Shown: piece by piece, positions 1-12,829 of the stretch
How positions within the stretch are numbered: the first letter of the stretch is position 1
Layout of the letters: every line of letters begins with the position of its first letter
Source: Marsupella aquatica
Taxonomy: Eukaryota; Plantae; Marchantiophyta
Direction of reading: 5' to 3'
Length of the DNA: 64,000 bases
Assembly: GCA_973895155.1 (NCBI GenBank)
Contig: OZ316892.1
Coordinates: 1,739,223-1,803,222 of the forward strand
The notes under the pieces: model-generated
Database searches by the model: none
The model's input: only the letters and a program-made list of their open reading frames with translations
What the model was told of the DNA's origin: nothing
Translations under genes and position numbers: made by a program

Positions 1-156
1 CGTTTGAGGTGCAAGCTCAAGCCTTGAAAATGTGGCATGTCTCTAAACTCAATTTGGGTGAGGGGTGTGAATGGGTGAAGATGACCAGGGAATCATCAAG
101 AAAGTGCTAAAGTAGGGAAGAAAGAAAGGAGGTGGTGGTCCCCTAGTGAAGCTCTC

Positions 157-760
157 ATGTTGGGCGAAGAGCTAATTATCAAAGGTTCTGCTACACTCAA
201 AGGATTGTTGAAAGGGTCACTGTGGAAGATTAAGGACCAGTTACCAACTTTAGATTTCAGACTTGGTAAACTGCCATCTTCTCTAACAATGGAACAAACA
301 ATACTTCTATACACTCACAACAGCCCAGTGAACACTTGTTTTACAATTGCAGCAAAGTGCAACAAAGATGGAGGGAAGTGAAGCAGCTGGTGCACGGATC
401 CCCAACGCTGAACTTTCCCAACAAGTCTTTGTTTGAAGCTCTCCCGGGAGCTATCCATTGCCAAACGAGGAAACCCGAGCCACTGATCATCATTATGGAG
501 ATGTGGAAGAGCATATGGAAGGAACGAAACTCAACGATCTACTCAAACTTTATGGGGAGTCCCAGGTTGGGTGGTCCTTTGGTACTCGGACCTTCACCTG
601 AAGTCTGTGTTGGACATGTGCAATCCTGCTAAGAAAAGCAAGCAACTTACTTACGCAATATATTGAGCGATTGAAGGTTACTCTTTAGCCCTGGGAGGAG
701 ACTGAAAGCCCAATCTCACTGAGCCCTATTGATGATGAAGGAGGTAATGCTTAAATACAG
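157..760 (+). mobile_element. Decayed non-LTR retrotransposon (LINE) fragment, C-terminal zf-RVT-adjacent region
   Basis: Frameshifted ORFs 157-381 and 336-632 contain CFYNCSKVQQRWREVKQL and MEMWKSIWKERNSTIY, resembling the HLFxxC..W and W.IWKERN..IF motifs of plant LINE ORF2. Confidence 0.55.
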
Positions 761-3700
761 GCAACGGATTCGACCCTGTGTTGCGCACTGGTCAGGTGAG
801 TGGGGAGTTTTATAACAGGGACAACCTTGAAAACAAAATCCCTTCCTAGGACTAAGGAGGTCTGAGGCATTACCATTTGTAAGCAACAGAATTGTAGGGA
901 GCCAATCTTTTGTCAGATGTAGGGTTACCTTGGGTCTTTTCAGATTGGTATGAGGTGGACCTGGTTGCACATGGACTTGGGGGATGATCCCTTGGTGGAA
1001 GCTGGACATTGCCCCTTGGCCTGTTTAAGTTTTGCTTCCTTTGTTTGATTTGCGATGCTGTTGTTGGCCACCGGCCTCCGTCTCCTGGGTGGCATTTGTC
1101 CTCGGGGGTGTGGTTGTCGGGTTCAGGTCCCTTTCCTGCTATTGAAAAAATTAAATTAAATTTGTGGACAACAATGTGAATGGAATGTGAAATATCAGCC
1201 CCAATATGTCAGTATCATGCCATTTCCAATAATACTCAAACACTTCAAACTTGCCATTTCCAATAATACTCACTTCAAACTTTTGCATGAGAATGATTGT
1301 CACTTGGAAATTCCTTGGACTAGGCTACTTAGGACACAATCTCTTTCGTTGGACTTAGTTGAGGTATTCAAAGCACTTTAGACATGGCAAGTTATTCTGT
1401 ACCCTGAGTTAGGCTAGAGGCCAATCTTGGCATCATGACAGTTTTCAATATGATTGAAGACATGTTTCTATTATATATGACTTTTTTACATACATAGATT
1501 TACACATCCACTACATATATACCATTTCAATTGTGTACATATACTTCTCCAGTGTACCACGCAACACATCTATTTTTGCTTGCATGTAAGTTTTCAGTTA
1601 AATATGGCTGTGCATACCAACCATTGGTCTCTCACATGTTTCAATGTTGGTCATGATACTATAAATCACGAGGAGATAGAAGAGGGGCATCACCTAAGCC
1701 ATATAAGAAGGTTATGATAGAGGGTTTAGTTTTAGCTGAAAGGGAAACTAAGAAGTTACAGTAGAGTCCATATGGATGATGGTAAAGAGTATGTTAACAA
1801 TCAACAACCTATACAAGTGAGCTCAATGATTATTGTCATATTTTACTTCTGTAACTACCTGATGTGTGACCTGACACAATGTAATCGCAAATTGACTCAT
1901 GCTCAAGACTGGTTGGTGTTATATATATGAAGCCATGTTCTGTCAAATAACAGCTGTACAATGAATACAAAAAGAAATCGAATGAAATTTTTAACCTCTT
2001 GAGTTCTTGCCTTCAATATTATCAATAGCCAAGTCATTTGCTATAGCAAGGACATAGTTGAGAGTCCTGACAAATTCCTTCAATCTATGTTATTAGTAGG
2101 TGACTCATAGACTGAATGTTGTTGTTTTATCGTCAAGCAAATCCGTAGAGACATTGGGAGGCAGAAGAGACCCACATCCCTTCACCATATAATTATGGGG
2201 TAGAGCACTTTTTGAGGTACATATGGAAATACAGGAAGATATACATGAATATGGAAAGGACAAAAAAGTACGTACGGAAGGGAGGAGTATGTAAAAAGAA
2301 AACAACGAGAGGAGCAAACAAGTACGTTTCCTGGCTGGAGGAGAGGAATCTTTCTTTTGTTTATTTGTTTTCTTTTTGTTTTCCTTTGTTTATAGTTGGA
2401 CAAAATACTGGATTGACACATTCTGTGGATGACAGTGGCAAGCCAGTAACTTTTTGGGGATTGTTGGGATGTGCTTGATCTTTTCGGTGGGGCTTTTTTG
2501 GGGGGTCACAAACGCCAACTTTTTTGGGTACTGGGGCGAAGACATGACTTTTTTGTGCGGATGAGAGGTGTTTGTTTTTCATTTTAATAAGGGGGCCAGG
2601 AAAGGGAGGGCACGAAAATAGTTATTTGGGGTAGGGCCGGCGTTGGGGGAGGTTTGTTTTTGGCAAGAAAGTAACTCAGGAAGTGAATAAGGAGTTTCTT
2701 TGTTTATTAAGAAGGTGGGGAGGGTGAAGGGGAAGCGTAACCCCTGGTCTCTTCTCCATTTTTGAGTTTTTATTAGTTTCAGGTGAGTTCCTCAACTGTA
2801 ACCTCCAGCCATGCCTTGGTGTGTGGCCATCGGTGCCTCTCTCCATGTCCTTGGCATGCCCGCCAAGTTTTTGGGTCTTGGTCTGGCTGTAGGGCCATAT
2901 TGAGTGAGCATTCTTGTAGGGTTAGTTACGGTTTTTCTGAAGGAAACCCCATTTCTAAGGGGCACTCTAGGCTTCACCCATATTTAGGTTTGGTTCAGCA
3001 CTGTGTTCAATGACTTCACCTATATTTTATGTAGGCAGAGCCATCAACCACAACTTGTCATTGTGTACGCGGAGTTCGATAGCAAATATTATTGCTCACG
3101 GTTGATGTTGGCATCCATTTAATTATACTTTGATGTCAGTACACTAGTTTCTATTACATTTTTATGTAGAAAGGCTTACATGTCCAACATACACATACCA
3201 TATGATTGTGTACATTTCTACCAGCTACACCTTGTTTTGCGTCGTGTGTACTTGATGCTTTGGTTCACATATTTATGATCTTTATACGGCACAATGCTAA
3301 AAGTCACAACAGTCATCCCTAGTCTGGCCAAGGGGTTCTAAGTCTCATTATCTCCTGTCCAGTTTGCCTATTTCCAAGAATTCAAAATCTTACTTGAAGA
3401 AGAGTGTCACAGAGGGTTATGCTTGTTAAACTATGGCCTGTTGGAAGGTCACTAGCCCGATTACCTGCTCTTTGAACGTAACTAGAAATGAAGAAAACTA
3501 ATCTTACATAATAAATAATAATATAATTTCTATACTATTTTTTAGTTAATCTTTGTCCCATCCTTGTTTTTAATCCACCCTCGTTTCAGTTTTGTCTTTA
3601 TTTAAAATAAATATCATTTTTGTCTATCCTCACTTTTGTCTGTATTAAGGGTTACCTTCACTGGACCCTTAAGAGTCTACTTGGTTAGTGCTTTTGTAAT

Positions 3701-4739
3701 AAGATGGAAAGTAGCCCCCTCAGACTCACTGCCCTCCCCCTCAGGGATTACAGCCCCTTCCAGTCCATGGGTTACCAGGCTACACCTGATGAGAGAAATC
3801 CAATGAGCTACAATGAATAAATTGTCACAATTGTTTGGATGTATTACAGTGGCAATTCCTTGTAGAATCAGGTTGAATTTGGAATCTATTAATGTGTTTT
3901 GGATAGTAGTGATCTCATTGACTCTACAAATCTAGACAGTATTTCAGGCCTTTTATGATGAAACAAGAGTCATGATGTGATTGATGCAAAAGTTGACACT
4001 CTCAAAATGCCCTGTCAGTAATCACAAATCCATATGTGTTAATATATGGTATGCACTAAAGAAAATAATGAGATTTATCATGGTATGGAGAGATGACATA
4101 TGCCATATGTGTCATATTATTTTGAACTGCAATTACCACGGCCCCTCAAAATGTGCTAACTAATCCATCTGTCTGTACTTTATGTACTGAGTGTCTCGGG
4201 GTGGGACAAGCTGGACCGGGGTTGCGAAAATACGGGACAAAATAATAATAATGCCGTTCGCCACGGTTCCATGGGCGATGCCAGTGCGCCACCGGCAGTA
4301 TGGCCACGCCCCGCCGTATGAAAAGGTGTGTCAATGGCAGCGGTACACAGCAGTAGTAAGGAAGAAGTAACCCGGGGTCTACGGAACCGACGCAGTCACC
4401 CTGGTTACGGAAGAGGTTACAGTACGAAACGGGGGCTCCTCCACTCCTGACTCCTGACTCCTGACGATGGTTAGGGCAACCATGCCGTAGCTTACGGTCC
4501 GGGGTCACCGTCGGTAGCGTCGCGGTCGGACGGCAGAGATGGAGTCGTAGCCTAGAATAGCATAACAGGTGCAGCGTAGTAAATAATAAAGATTGCTGTT
4601 GGCACTACTAGTGTATTCGCTCTCCCGTGTGTTGGGGAGTGTGGGGGTGTGTGTTTTGCGGGTGGCTGAGTGAGTACAGTAGTATGGTATGGTTTTCGTC
4701 GTGCGAAGAAAAGTGGAGTAATAATACATCACGACGATC

Positions 4740-7700
4740 ATGGCACCAGATCTGCTGCGATCTTTCCCTCTCATCCAATTCAATTCATCGCTCTGCTCTC
4801 CTTCGCCCGCGACCTTCGACGCCGATCCGTTGAAGTGGATCGAGCTCGGTGAGCAGCAGCAGCAGCAGCGCAAGCTGCAGCAGCAACAGCAACGAGAGCA
4901 ACGACTAGAGCAAACAACTCCGCCAGGGCCGTGCTAGATAGACGGGCGCGGGCGTCGGTTCAAGCCTGAGGAGAAGCAACCGATCTGTCTCCGCGTTGTT
5001 GCTTTGTTTTGCTGTCGATCGCTATGCGGGATTGATTGATTGATGGATTGATTGAGTGAGTGAGTGAGTGATTGAGTGAGTGAGTGATTGAGTGCTTGAT
5101 TGATTGAGTGAGTGAGTGAGTGAGTGATTGATTCTCTTTGTCGATCGGGGTGGGGTGGTGGATCGGGGCGGAAATTGACTGACTGAGCGGACTGCGAGAA
5201 GGCTTGCGGGCGGGCGGGCGGGCGGGCGGGCGAGCCAGCTGGACGACGACGATGATGTGATGAAGGATGGATCCGGGGCTGGACGGAGGATTGGTGGCTT
5301 CTCCGACGTGCGCTGTTTGATCCGTATGTGCTGCTGACTGCTGCTGGCTGTGCTGCTCACTTGCTGTGGCCTCTCCAACTGCTTTCTGTTGTTGTCGTTG
5401 TCGTCGTAATCTTGGGGTTGACCCCCGGCGGATTGCGTGTGCGTGCAATTTCCGATCTCGGCGGGTGCTCTGCTGCCTCCTGTGCTCTGATCTGCGTGAC
5501 ATTAGGGACTGACTTAGGGTTTCTAGCGCCGGGGCGAATTCTCTCTCTATCTCGTTCTCGTTTCGGTTTGAATTAATCTACCTGTCCGTCTTTCTCTCGG
5601 TTTGGTGAATTCAAGTGTTCCGTTTGGAGGAGTGTGTCGCTCTTTTTTGTGCAAATTAGGAGCGCGATGGGACACGGTCTGGTGCAAATTTTGCCAAGAA
5701 AGTGAGGGAGAACGATGGGAAGACACGCGCGAAGATGCTGGAGCACAATTGTTGTGGTCAATCGTCGTTTCCTTCGTCATTTCTGACAGCTGATGAAAGT
5801 GAGGAAGGCTATCTTTCCTGATTTGGAGCAATCGATTTCATATTCACTTATCGCGGACGGAAATAGTTTACTGTGTGTCGCTGAAGCAGGCCGACGCTTG
5901 TACTCTGTCGGCAAATTTTTCTTCAGCTGCATTTGAGTGTAGGAAATTATCGCAACGGTTTGGCTTTCTTGGCAGCATTTTGATGCTTCTACCATTGCTT
6001 GTTCGGGTTCGGAGCCTCACGTCCGACATAGTCGCCGATACGATTATTATGTTGATGTCAGCAGGACTTCATGTTCAAGCATGCCGGCTCGATTTCAATA
6101 TCTGTCGACGGTAGCCTCACCATCTTTCCTGTCGGATTTACCGTTCGCTACACCCGCACTTCCCGTGTCCAATATTCTTCTTGTCCAGTCCTCTAGTTAC
6201 CAGCATTCTCCTAGTTCCTAGTGTCGGTAAATTTCCGTGAGCTGGTCGGGTTGTTTCCGTTTCTTTTCGTGTGTCTTTTGGCGAAGATTCTGTATAAGTT
6301 TGGACCGGGGTGTACTTCCCGTCATGGTTTAATATTAATGATCCTTGTCTTGCTGCCGTTGTCGTTCAGCATAGTCATCAGCCAGAAAAGTTTTTAGAGA
6401 TCCAGTGTGAAGCGGACCGAAGGAACCTATGCTTCTTTGCTCGTGTAGCATATCGAATTTGGATTGCACAAAGATGCATGATGGATTAAATGGTGATTCC
6501 AGTCCACGGTTTATTTTTTCCTTTTACTAGTAAATATTTTTGACCATAGGTGGATGCGTGGGAGGAGTTTCTGAGCAGAGAGCAGAGAGCACGGAGATTG
6601 AGTTCCTATTTAGCCATACTCTCTTCGCGGTAAGTGATGGTTTGTCGTCTTCTATCCCTGCTAATGGCATAGAACTTGAACAGCCATAGGTCATGTATTG
6701 GTTCCTCGTCGAGCCTTGCGATCCGCCGACGTCGGAGCTGTCAATTGGTACACGATTGAGCATTGCCCCGTTTGAACTCCTTTTTATAAAAGTCAGTGAG
6801 GAGCCGATTCACGAACATGTTTAGGTCGACTACTCGCGGAAGGGTTCTGCGATGTCACATGTCTTCAGTCCATAGTTATTCGCAGTGAGGGTTTGGTCCT
6901 TGCAACAGCTGGGATTGTAATCTGTAATCTTAGATTACCATCCGTGAGTTTTCCTCGTACCTCATGAATGGTGTAAGATTCATCACGAATCTAATGTCGT
7001 AAGCTATCAATTGTCCAATACCTACTATGCCCTTGTGATCATTGGTGCTGCGACTCTCAACGCCTCTGCTACTACAGGATAATTTAATGACATTAGTTCT
7101 TGCCATCATGGGTGTCAGGATGGCCGGGCGTGGGTGTGGTTTGGTTACAAACCATTCCATGGCCAATTCTTGAGGACTCCCCAGATCTGGATTTGGGGAA
7201 TGGAAACCTAATCTCATTGATATTCCTCGATGTTAGAACGATTTCAGTCTTGCATTGACAGAAGTGACCGGAGGCCCTGAACAAGATGAGGCGGTGGCAG
7301 TCTTTTTGGCGAACCTTTGCTCATGTCTACGGAGACTTGTCCTATTCTTAGTACACTCAAGATTTTATTAGGGTATGTGGGCAAGTTTTGAACTTTAAAA
7401 TCACTTGAAATGGACTATGGGTTGTTGGATTATCACTTCGTGACCTCCGTGACGATAATTAGTCATTCCGACTCTGGTCGGTTTAGTGCTTGCAGTTTCA
7501 ATCCATCAAGGCAGCGTCCTTGCACGATGGACGGTATTCTGTTAGTAGCAATTATGGGCAGCAGTTGTTTTCGAGATTTTTTAGTGCAAATGCTTTTCCT
7601 CGTCGTGTCTAGCTCGTTGGTGGTCGTTGCCGACTGTAGAGGTCTTTCATGACCAAGCAGTGGTCTGAATAAATTTCCCTGCTGTACCTCAGGCATGAGT

Positions 7701-8401
7701 TGCTCTTGACTACACTCATGTGGGGCACACCGCAGACCATTTTACCGCTGTCGTGTGAAGCATTTTCATGGAATAAAGCTGCCACTGCCCGTCTACTTTT
7801 CCAAAGTCTATGTGGACTCTTTGGCTTTCTTTTGTATATATTGATGGAGTTGAGGACTTCGTGTGAAGATTAGACATGTGATTCGGGCGTGAGATTTAGG
7901 TTAGCTCTGCCTGTAGTCTGCTTTCCTTTTCGGAAAGGGACTAAATCCTAGTCTAATTCACGACGTCCTCTACTTGTCTGCCGTCTTCCCTCTACTATCA
8001 TCCGTCCTTCATGCCGGGTGGACGAGAATTCCTTTAATATGTACACATTTATTCTCGTTCTCGTTCACGAACAATTATTGTTATGTATATGCCGGTATGG
8101 CCTTGCTTGTTGCGGGTAGTTTGTTCCATACAGCTTGACGTCCCATTTAGCGCGGCTCGCCTTATTCCTGGAGCAAAACAGCCGAATTCCTATCTGCTTT
8201 AGATTTTGAACGTGTCAAATAAAGCAGAGCTCTACGGACGGAATGAGTTGTGGAGAATATGCTTGATATCTTTGTAGTGACTTGTTGCTGTAGAAGTTGA
8301 ATCTGACGTAGGGTGCTGGCTCATTTACTGTATTGGAGAGTTGTACTAAATGGAATATGAATGCTTGCCATGCAGCCGGTTGGTATGATGATTTTCATTG
8401 A
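4740..8401 (+). CDS. Putative spliced upstream ORF (44 aa: MAPDLLRSFPLIQFNSSLCSPSPATFDADPLKWIEL-A-GWYDDFH*), exons 4740-4848 and 8376-8401
   Basis: ATG at 4740 in context ATCATGG; donor G|GTGAGC at 4848/4849; acceptor ATGCAG| at 8375/8376; phase-1 join reads to TGA at 8399-8401. Unspliced it is the 65-aa poly-Q ORF 4740-4937. Intermediate exons are not excluded. Confidence 0.5.
5029..5232. repeat. Microsatellite cluster (GATT)n/(GAGT)n and (GCGG)n in predicted leader intron; (CAG)n at ~4853-4892
   Basis: Directly visible tandem tetranucleotide and trinucleotide runs. Confidence 0.95.
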
Positions 8402-8418
8402 TGTGTGGACTTCAAAGA

Positions 8419-10180
8419 ATGGCAACTGATCCTCCAAATGGTCCCACAGATCAAAATTTGCAAGTATGCCCACTCTCTCTTTTCTTACGAGTTCAGCGAA
8501 TTGTAAATGCGGTTCACTCCACTAAACAATGAAAAAGGATATTCTTTGTATATCCATGTTATTGTGGGCAACCAATGTATTCTTCTTTGTCCAGTATCAC
8601 AGACTATAAGGGGAATTGCTTGTTCGTTCGCAGGTGATATTGGCAAGTGTCAGTCCAATTCTGACCCAGTTGCCTAAGTGGATAGAGCTTGGTGCATATC
8701 TGGAGTTTGGAGATGACGAAGTTCGTCTGTGTGAGGGCTGCCATAATGTGTGTGAATGGGTCTATTTCAAGCTCTTACAGTTCAAGTAAGTGACCATTCG
8801 TAATGCGTTCTGCTTTACGGTTTGATTGTGCAAGCCTTGCGGACATCTGGTTAACATTGTTCCTGTGTCTGTACCTGGAACAGCTCTGATGGTCTGGAGC
8901 TTTGCGGTAGCTGCATGGAGAAGTACAAGAAGCCAACACCTTGGACACTCTATGTCCGCGAAGGTCTCATCTTTTTCTTGGGCTCCTTGAATGCCGCTGC
9001 TGGCCCACCAGCTTCCGTAAAATCTCCAGTCGGACTGGACGTCAAGTCAAATAATGAAGTCCAGGTCCCTACATCTGTTCCATTACCTTCTCCATCAAAA
9101 TCAGGGTCTCCAGCACATAGCTTTGAGCAAAACTCCCCATCTGGACAGGTCCTGGAGACCTGCAACTTTGCGGCGGTCGCTCAGTCAACCCCTTTGCTTC
9201 TTACATCATCGTCGGAGCCTTTGAATGGAACGCCAAGTACGGAACCGTTGCTTTTGAAGGCTGATGCAGAACCTGTGCTATTTTCATCAAGTTCGGAGCA
9301 AGTAATTTTCTCTCCGAGTGCAGAGCCAGTGCTGTTCAATTCAAATGCAGAGCCAGTTCAGTTCACCACCAAGTCAGAAGCTGGCCTTTTTGCATTAAAC
9401 CAAGCGCCAGTTTATTTTTCAACAAATTCGGAGCCGTTACATTTTACGTCAGATGCCGAGACATCCCTGTTCCCACCAAATGTGGAACAAGGGCAATTTA
9501 CGTCACATGCGGATCCAGCCCTACTTACATCTAATTCTGAGCCAGTACTTTTCACGTCCAATGCAGAGCCAGTACATTTCATCTCACATTCAAAGCCAAC
9601 GCTCTTTAGTCCCAACCCGGAGCCGGTACTTTTCACACCGTACCCAGAGACTGAAGCTTTTTCAGATTCTTTGGGCCATATACCGAAATCAGAGCCTCTG
9701 AGATTTACACCCACTCCTGAGTCAATCCCCTTCTCAGCAAATTTAGACTCCCTCCCTAAAGCACTTCAAGTTGTGAATCATGAACCCATGCTGTTCACAT
9801 CAAATTCAGGAACCTTGCCCACCACACCCAATTTTGAGCTGAGCCAGTCAAAGTCAAAAGCGGATGTCCCTACACCACCCTCTGAAACTTTAGTGAGAAC
9901 TCAGTCTAAAAGTGGCAAGAAAGTGTCTGATGGCACACTGGTAGATAGAATGCGAACAATTGTTCAGCAAGACTGTCGTTTAGGGAAAGACCTGTTCACC
10001 ACAGGTATTGAACTAGCCGAACGCTACAATTCCTGCTACAAGCATGAGACAATACATGTACGGAGAGTTTTTGAAGCGATGAAAACACTGGGATACACTG
10101 CCTCTAAAGACACTATGCAGGTTCAAGTTCAGAAGGTAAGGAGGAAGGTGAAGCTGATTTATGGCTTGGCCATGAAATAG
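8419..10180 (+). CDS. Unrecognised ~497-aa protein: Cys-rich (CEGC...CGSC, ZZ-finger-like spacing) N-terminus, 9-aa tandem repeats, basic helical C-terminal domain; exons 8419-8463, 8634-8785, 8884-10180
   Basis: GT-AG junctions (CAA|GTATGC, CGCAG|GTG, AA|GTAAGT, AACAG|C) join in phase (0, 2) into the 421-aa ORF 8915-10180: MATDPPNGPTDQNLQ/VILASVSPILTQLPKWIELGAYLEFGDDEVRLCEGCHNVCEWVYFKLLQF/NSDGLELCGSCMEKY... Confidence 0.8.
9188..9673 (+). repeat. Coding tandem repeat, 18 units of 27 nt (9 aa, consensus EPVLFTSxA/S)
   Basis: TPLLLTSSS EPLNGTPST EPLLLKADA EPVLFSSSS EQVIFSPSA EPVLFNSNA ... EPVLFTPYP ETEAFSDSL in unbroken 9-aa register. Confidence 0.9.
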
Positions 10181-11754
10181 ATAAGTGACTGTGACCAAGC
10201 CCTGATTCTTTTGCTAAATAAAGACATTCATACACAGGACTCTTAGCAGCTAGAAGGTGGGGTATCACATGTTAATTATGGCTGTTCGCTCTTTTATTCG
10301 TGGATCCCGCAAGCTGGTATTTTCATTCTCTGAACAAGTCATTGCGTTTGCTATTGCTACTTCATACATCCTCCCAAGTCGAGTAGCCTGAAACAGTTGC
10401 TTTGGAGGTTCTTTGTGCAATGATAATTACATGGTACCGGCCAGTGTGGTCATTCCGAATTTCAATCCACTGCTTTCAATTGTGTAATGTGTAAGATAGC
10501 TGCAAGTCCTTGACCTTTCCATCAGGGGATCCTATAGAAGAGCATTGTAGTCTACTTGCTGGGAAGTGTGTCAGATGCAGCTGGTCATGTGGGAAGGAAT
10601 GCTCGGAACTGCATGGTGAGTTTGTCCCCCCATGAAGTGAGTACCTCAGGCCTTTGGTTAGTCCATTACTAGGCACGGAGAGAAGAAAGATGCGGATCCA
10701 CTGCATTAGCTGTGAGGTATTTGAATTGCAACCATGTTTTTCAGAGCAATGGGCTCCTTGCGTACTATTTACAAGGATGCACATGTCAGCTCCGATCAAG
10801 TTTTCCAAATGAAAGGAGTGAATGTGAATTGGACGGGATTGGGGAAAAAGGTGGCTGTCTACAAGACAGTACCGTGAAGGACGAAATGTTTCTCCAAGTA
10901 AGGAATGCGGACTGGCACAGGTTGGGCAAGAGTACTTGGGAGACCAGGATATTCATCTCCCCTCTTTTCCACCCCTCCCCGCCCCCTTTTGTTTTCTAAT
11001 GAGTAATGTGCAGAGGTCTGACGTGATGCACAACAGCATACCCGAAGGTTCATGGGTCAATATCTTTTTAAAGTATACTGATTGTTGGGGAAAGTTGTAG
11101 AACACTCTAGCTTCTTCATTGTAGATCACTTCGTAAGAACAGAAATGATCTAAAACTTTCAAGGTAAGCATTGCGGAAAGAAAATATATACACTTTTGGG
11201 TAAGTGGGACGCATAGTATGTCCGTAGTTTGTCCGAAGATTCTCGCTGTACTAATCTCAGGAGATAAAAAAAGCCTTTCTCTCCGGCTTTCCCAAAGATC
11301 GAGGAGGTCTGTGTTATCTGCTTGTTTTATTTATTTATTCACAACTGCTATAGACGATTCCCTAGAGAGTCGTATTCCATACCTTTTCAGTTGTATTGGG
11401 AATACCGTCAAGAAAGAAATCTGAAATTGTGCGAATCTCGATCCTCTCCTGCTCTTCGGGAGACCTTGTCAACCCATGTGAGAAAATTTGCCATTGCAAA
11501 GCGATCCATTAATCAATATCTTCAAGCATTGGTAAAACCAGGTTGGGTGTGAGACCAGAAGCATATACGTTGTTGAGTGCTCCTGGTTTCTAGTTTCGTC
11601 AACTGAAAACTTATGACAACAACCTGGAGAAGGGACCAGTGTCACACACCAGGTGCATTTCAGCAAGGGGACATATGAAGCATATACATATACATGCAAA
11701 GCAATTGCGCGTTGTCATCACTTGATCAGGACATGAACACATTTAGAATGTGGC

Positions 11755-12360
11755 TGGATTGACTTTCCTAGTCCTCCCCACGGTAAGATCTTTGGATTGA
11801 CTTGACTTTCCTAGTCCTCCCCACGGTAAGATCTTTGAATATCAGTCAAAGTTGACATTTAGCATTTGGCGGGACATTGCTGAGTTTCTGTACCATGTAT
11901 GTGAGACGAGGGTGGGTTTGTTTCGATTTCCCTTCCACAATCATGCGAGACGCGGGAGGTTGCTGGGCACAGGTGGGTGGCCATGAAGGGGAAAAGAAAG
12001 AGTCTTAAAAACTGGTTAAACTTGAAAGGTTTTCTAAGAGGCCCCTTTGACAATAAATTACAAGTTAATTAATAATTTCATGATTGGCCATGAAGGGGAA
12101 AAGAAAAAGTCTTAAAAATGGTTAAACTTGAAAAAACAATTGGCCAGGTTTTCTAAGAGGCCCCTTTGACAATAAATTACAAGTTAATTAATAATTTCAT
12201 GATTAAACTGCCGCTTTGATCGATCACATGGATTCTTGCCGTATCATATTTTGTAATGCAGCTTCAAAAGTCGAGAGTTGAAGAAACTGGGAATTGGGGA
12301 CATGCAAGTGTCGGGGAGGAGAGTTGAAGAAAACTGGGAGTTGGGGACATGCAAGTGTCG
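11755..12360. repeat. Three local direct duplications (~40 bp at 11755-11837, ~110-120 bp at 11978-12204, ~45 bp at 12275-12365)
   Basis: Repeated strings ttgactttcctagtcctccccacggtaagatctttg; tggccatgaaggggaaaagaaa...aataatttcatgatt; gagagttgaagaaactggga.ttggggacatgcaagtgtcgggg. Confidence 0.9.
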
Positions 12361-12829
12361 GGGAGGGATGAATTGCGACATAGCACATCCTTGTGTGCCA
12401 ACTCCCTGTTTTGGCCCAATCATGTCCTTGAGTTGTTTGACCAATAAACCTGGGGTAAATCCAAGAGCCAGAAGAGACTTCAAGGAAACGTGTTGATGTG
12501 AATTGATTACACACACAGAGTCCCAATAAAATGCCATATCAGAAATAAGGTCAGGTTTCTTTGAACTATCTTCCATGTGAGGGTCCTTAAATGGGTTGTT
12601 CAAAGTGTGAGGGACATATGAAACAATCTTCTAGAACGTTTCTTTGGTGGTCTAAGAAGGTCTCAGAAGACGTTAGTTTGCAAGCTTCTTTGGGGGGATA
12701 CAAAAATATGCCCGAATACTAGTGAATTTTCGTGGGTTCTAGGCAGACCAATTCCTAGAAGAAGCCACATCATTCGTAGGGTGAAGTTTTGGGGGATCTC
12801 ACGTGCGAGATCCCTTAGTGAGGACATGA

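Noticed and set aside
4960-5502. 180-aa and 118-aa minus-strand ORFs
   Set aside because: Open only because of (GAGT)n/(GCGG)n microsatellites (SLTH/PAR repeats); no protein-like features.
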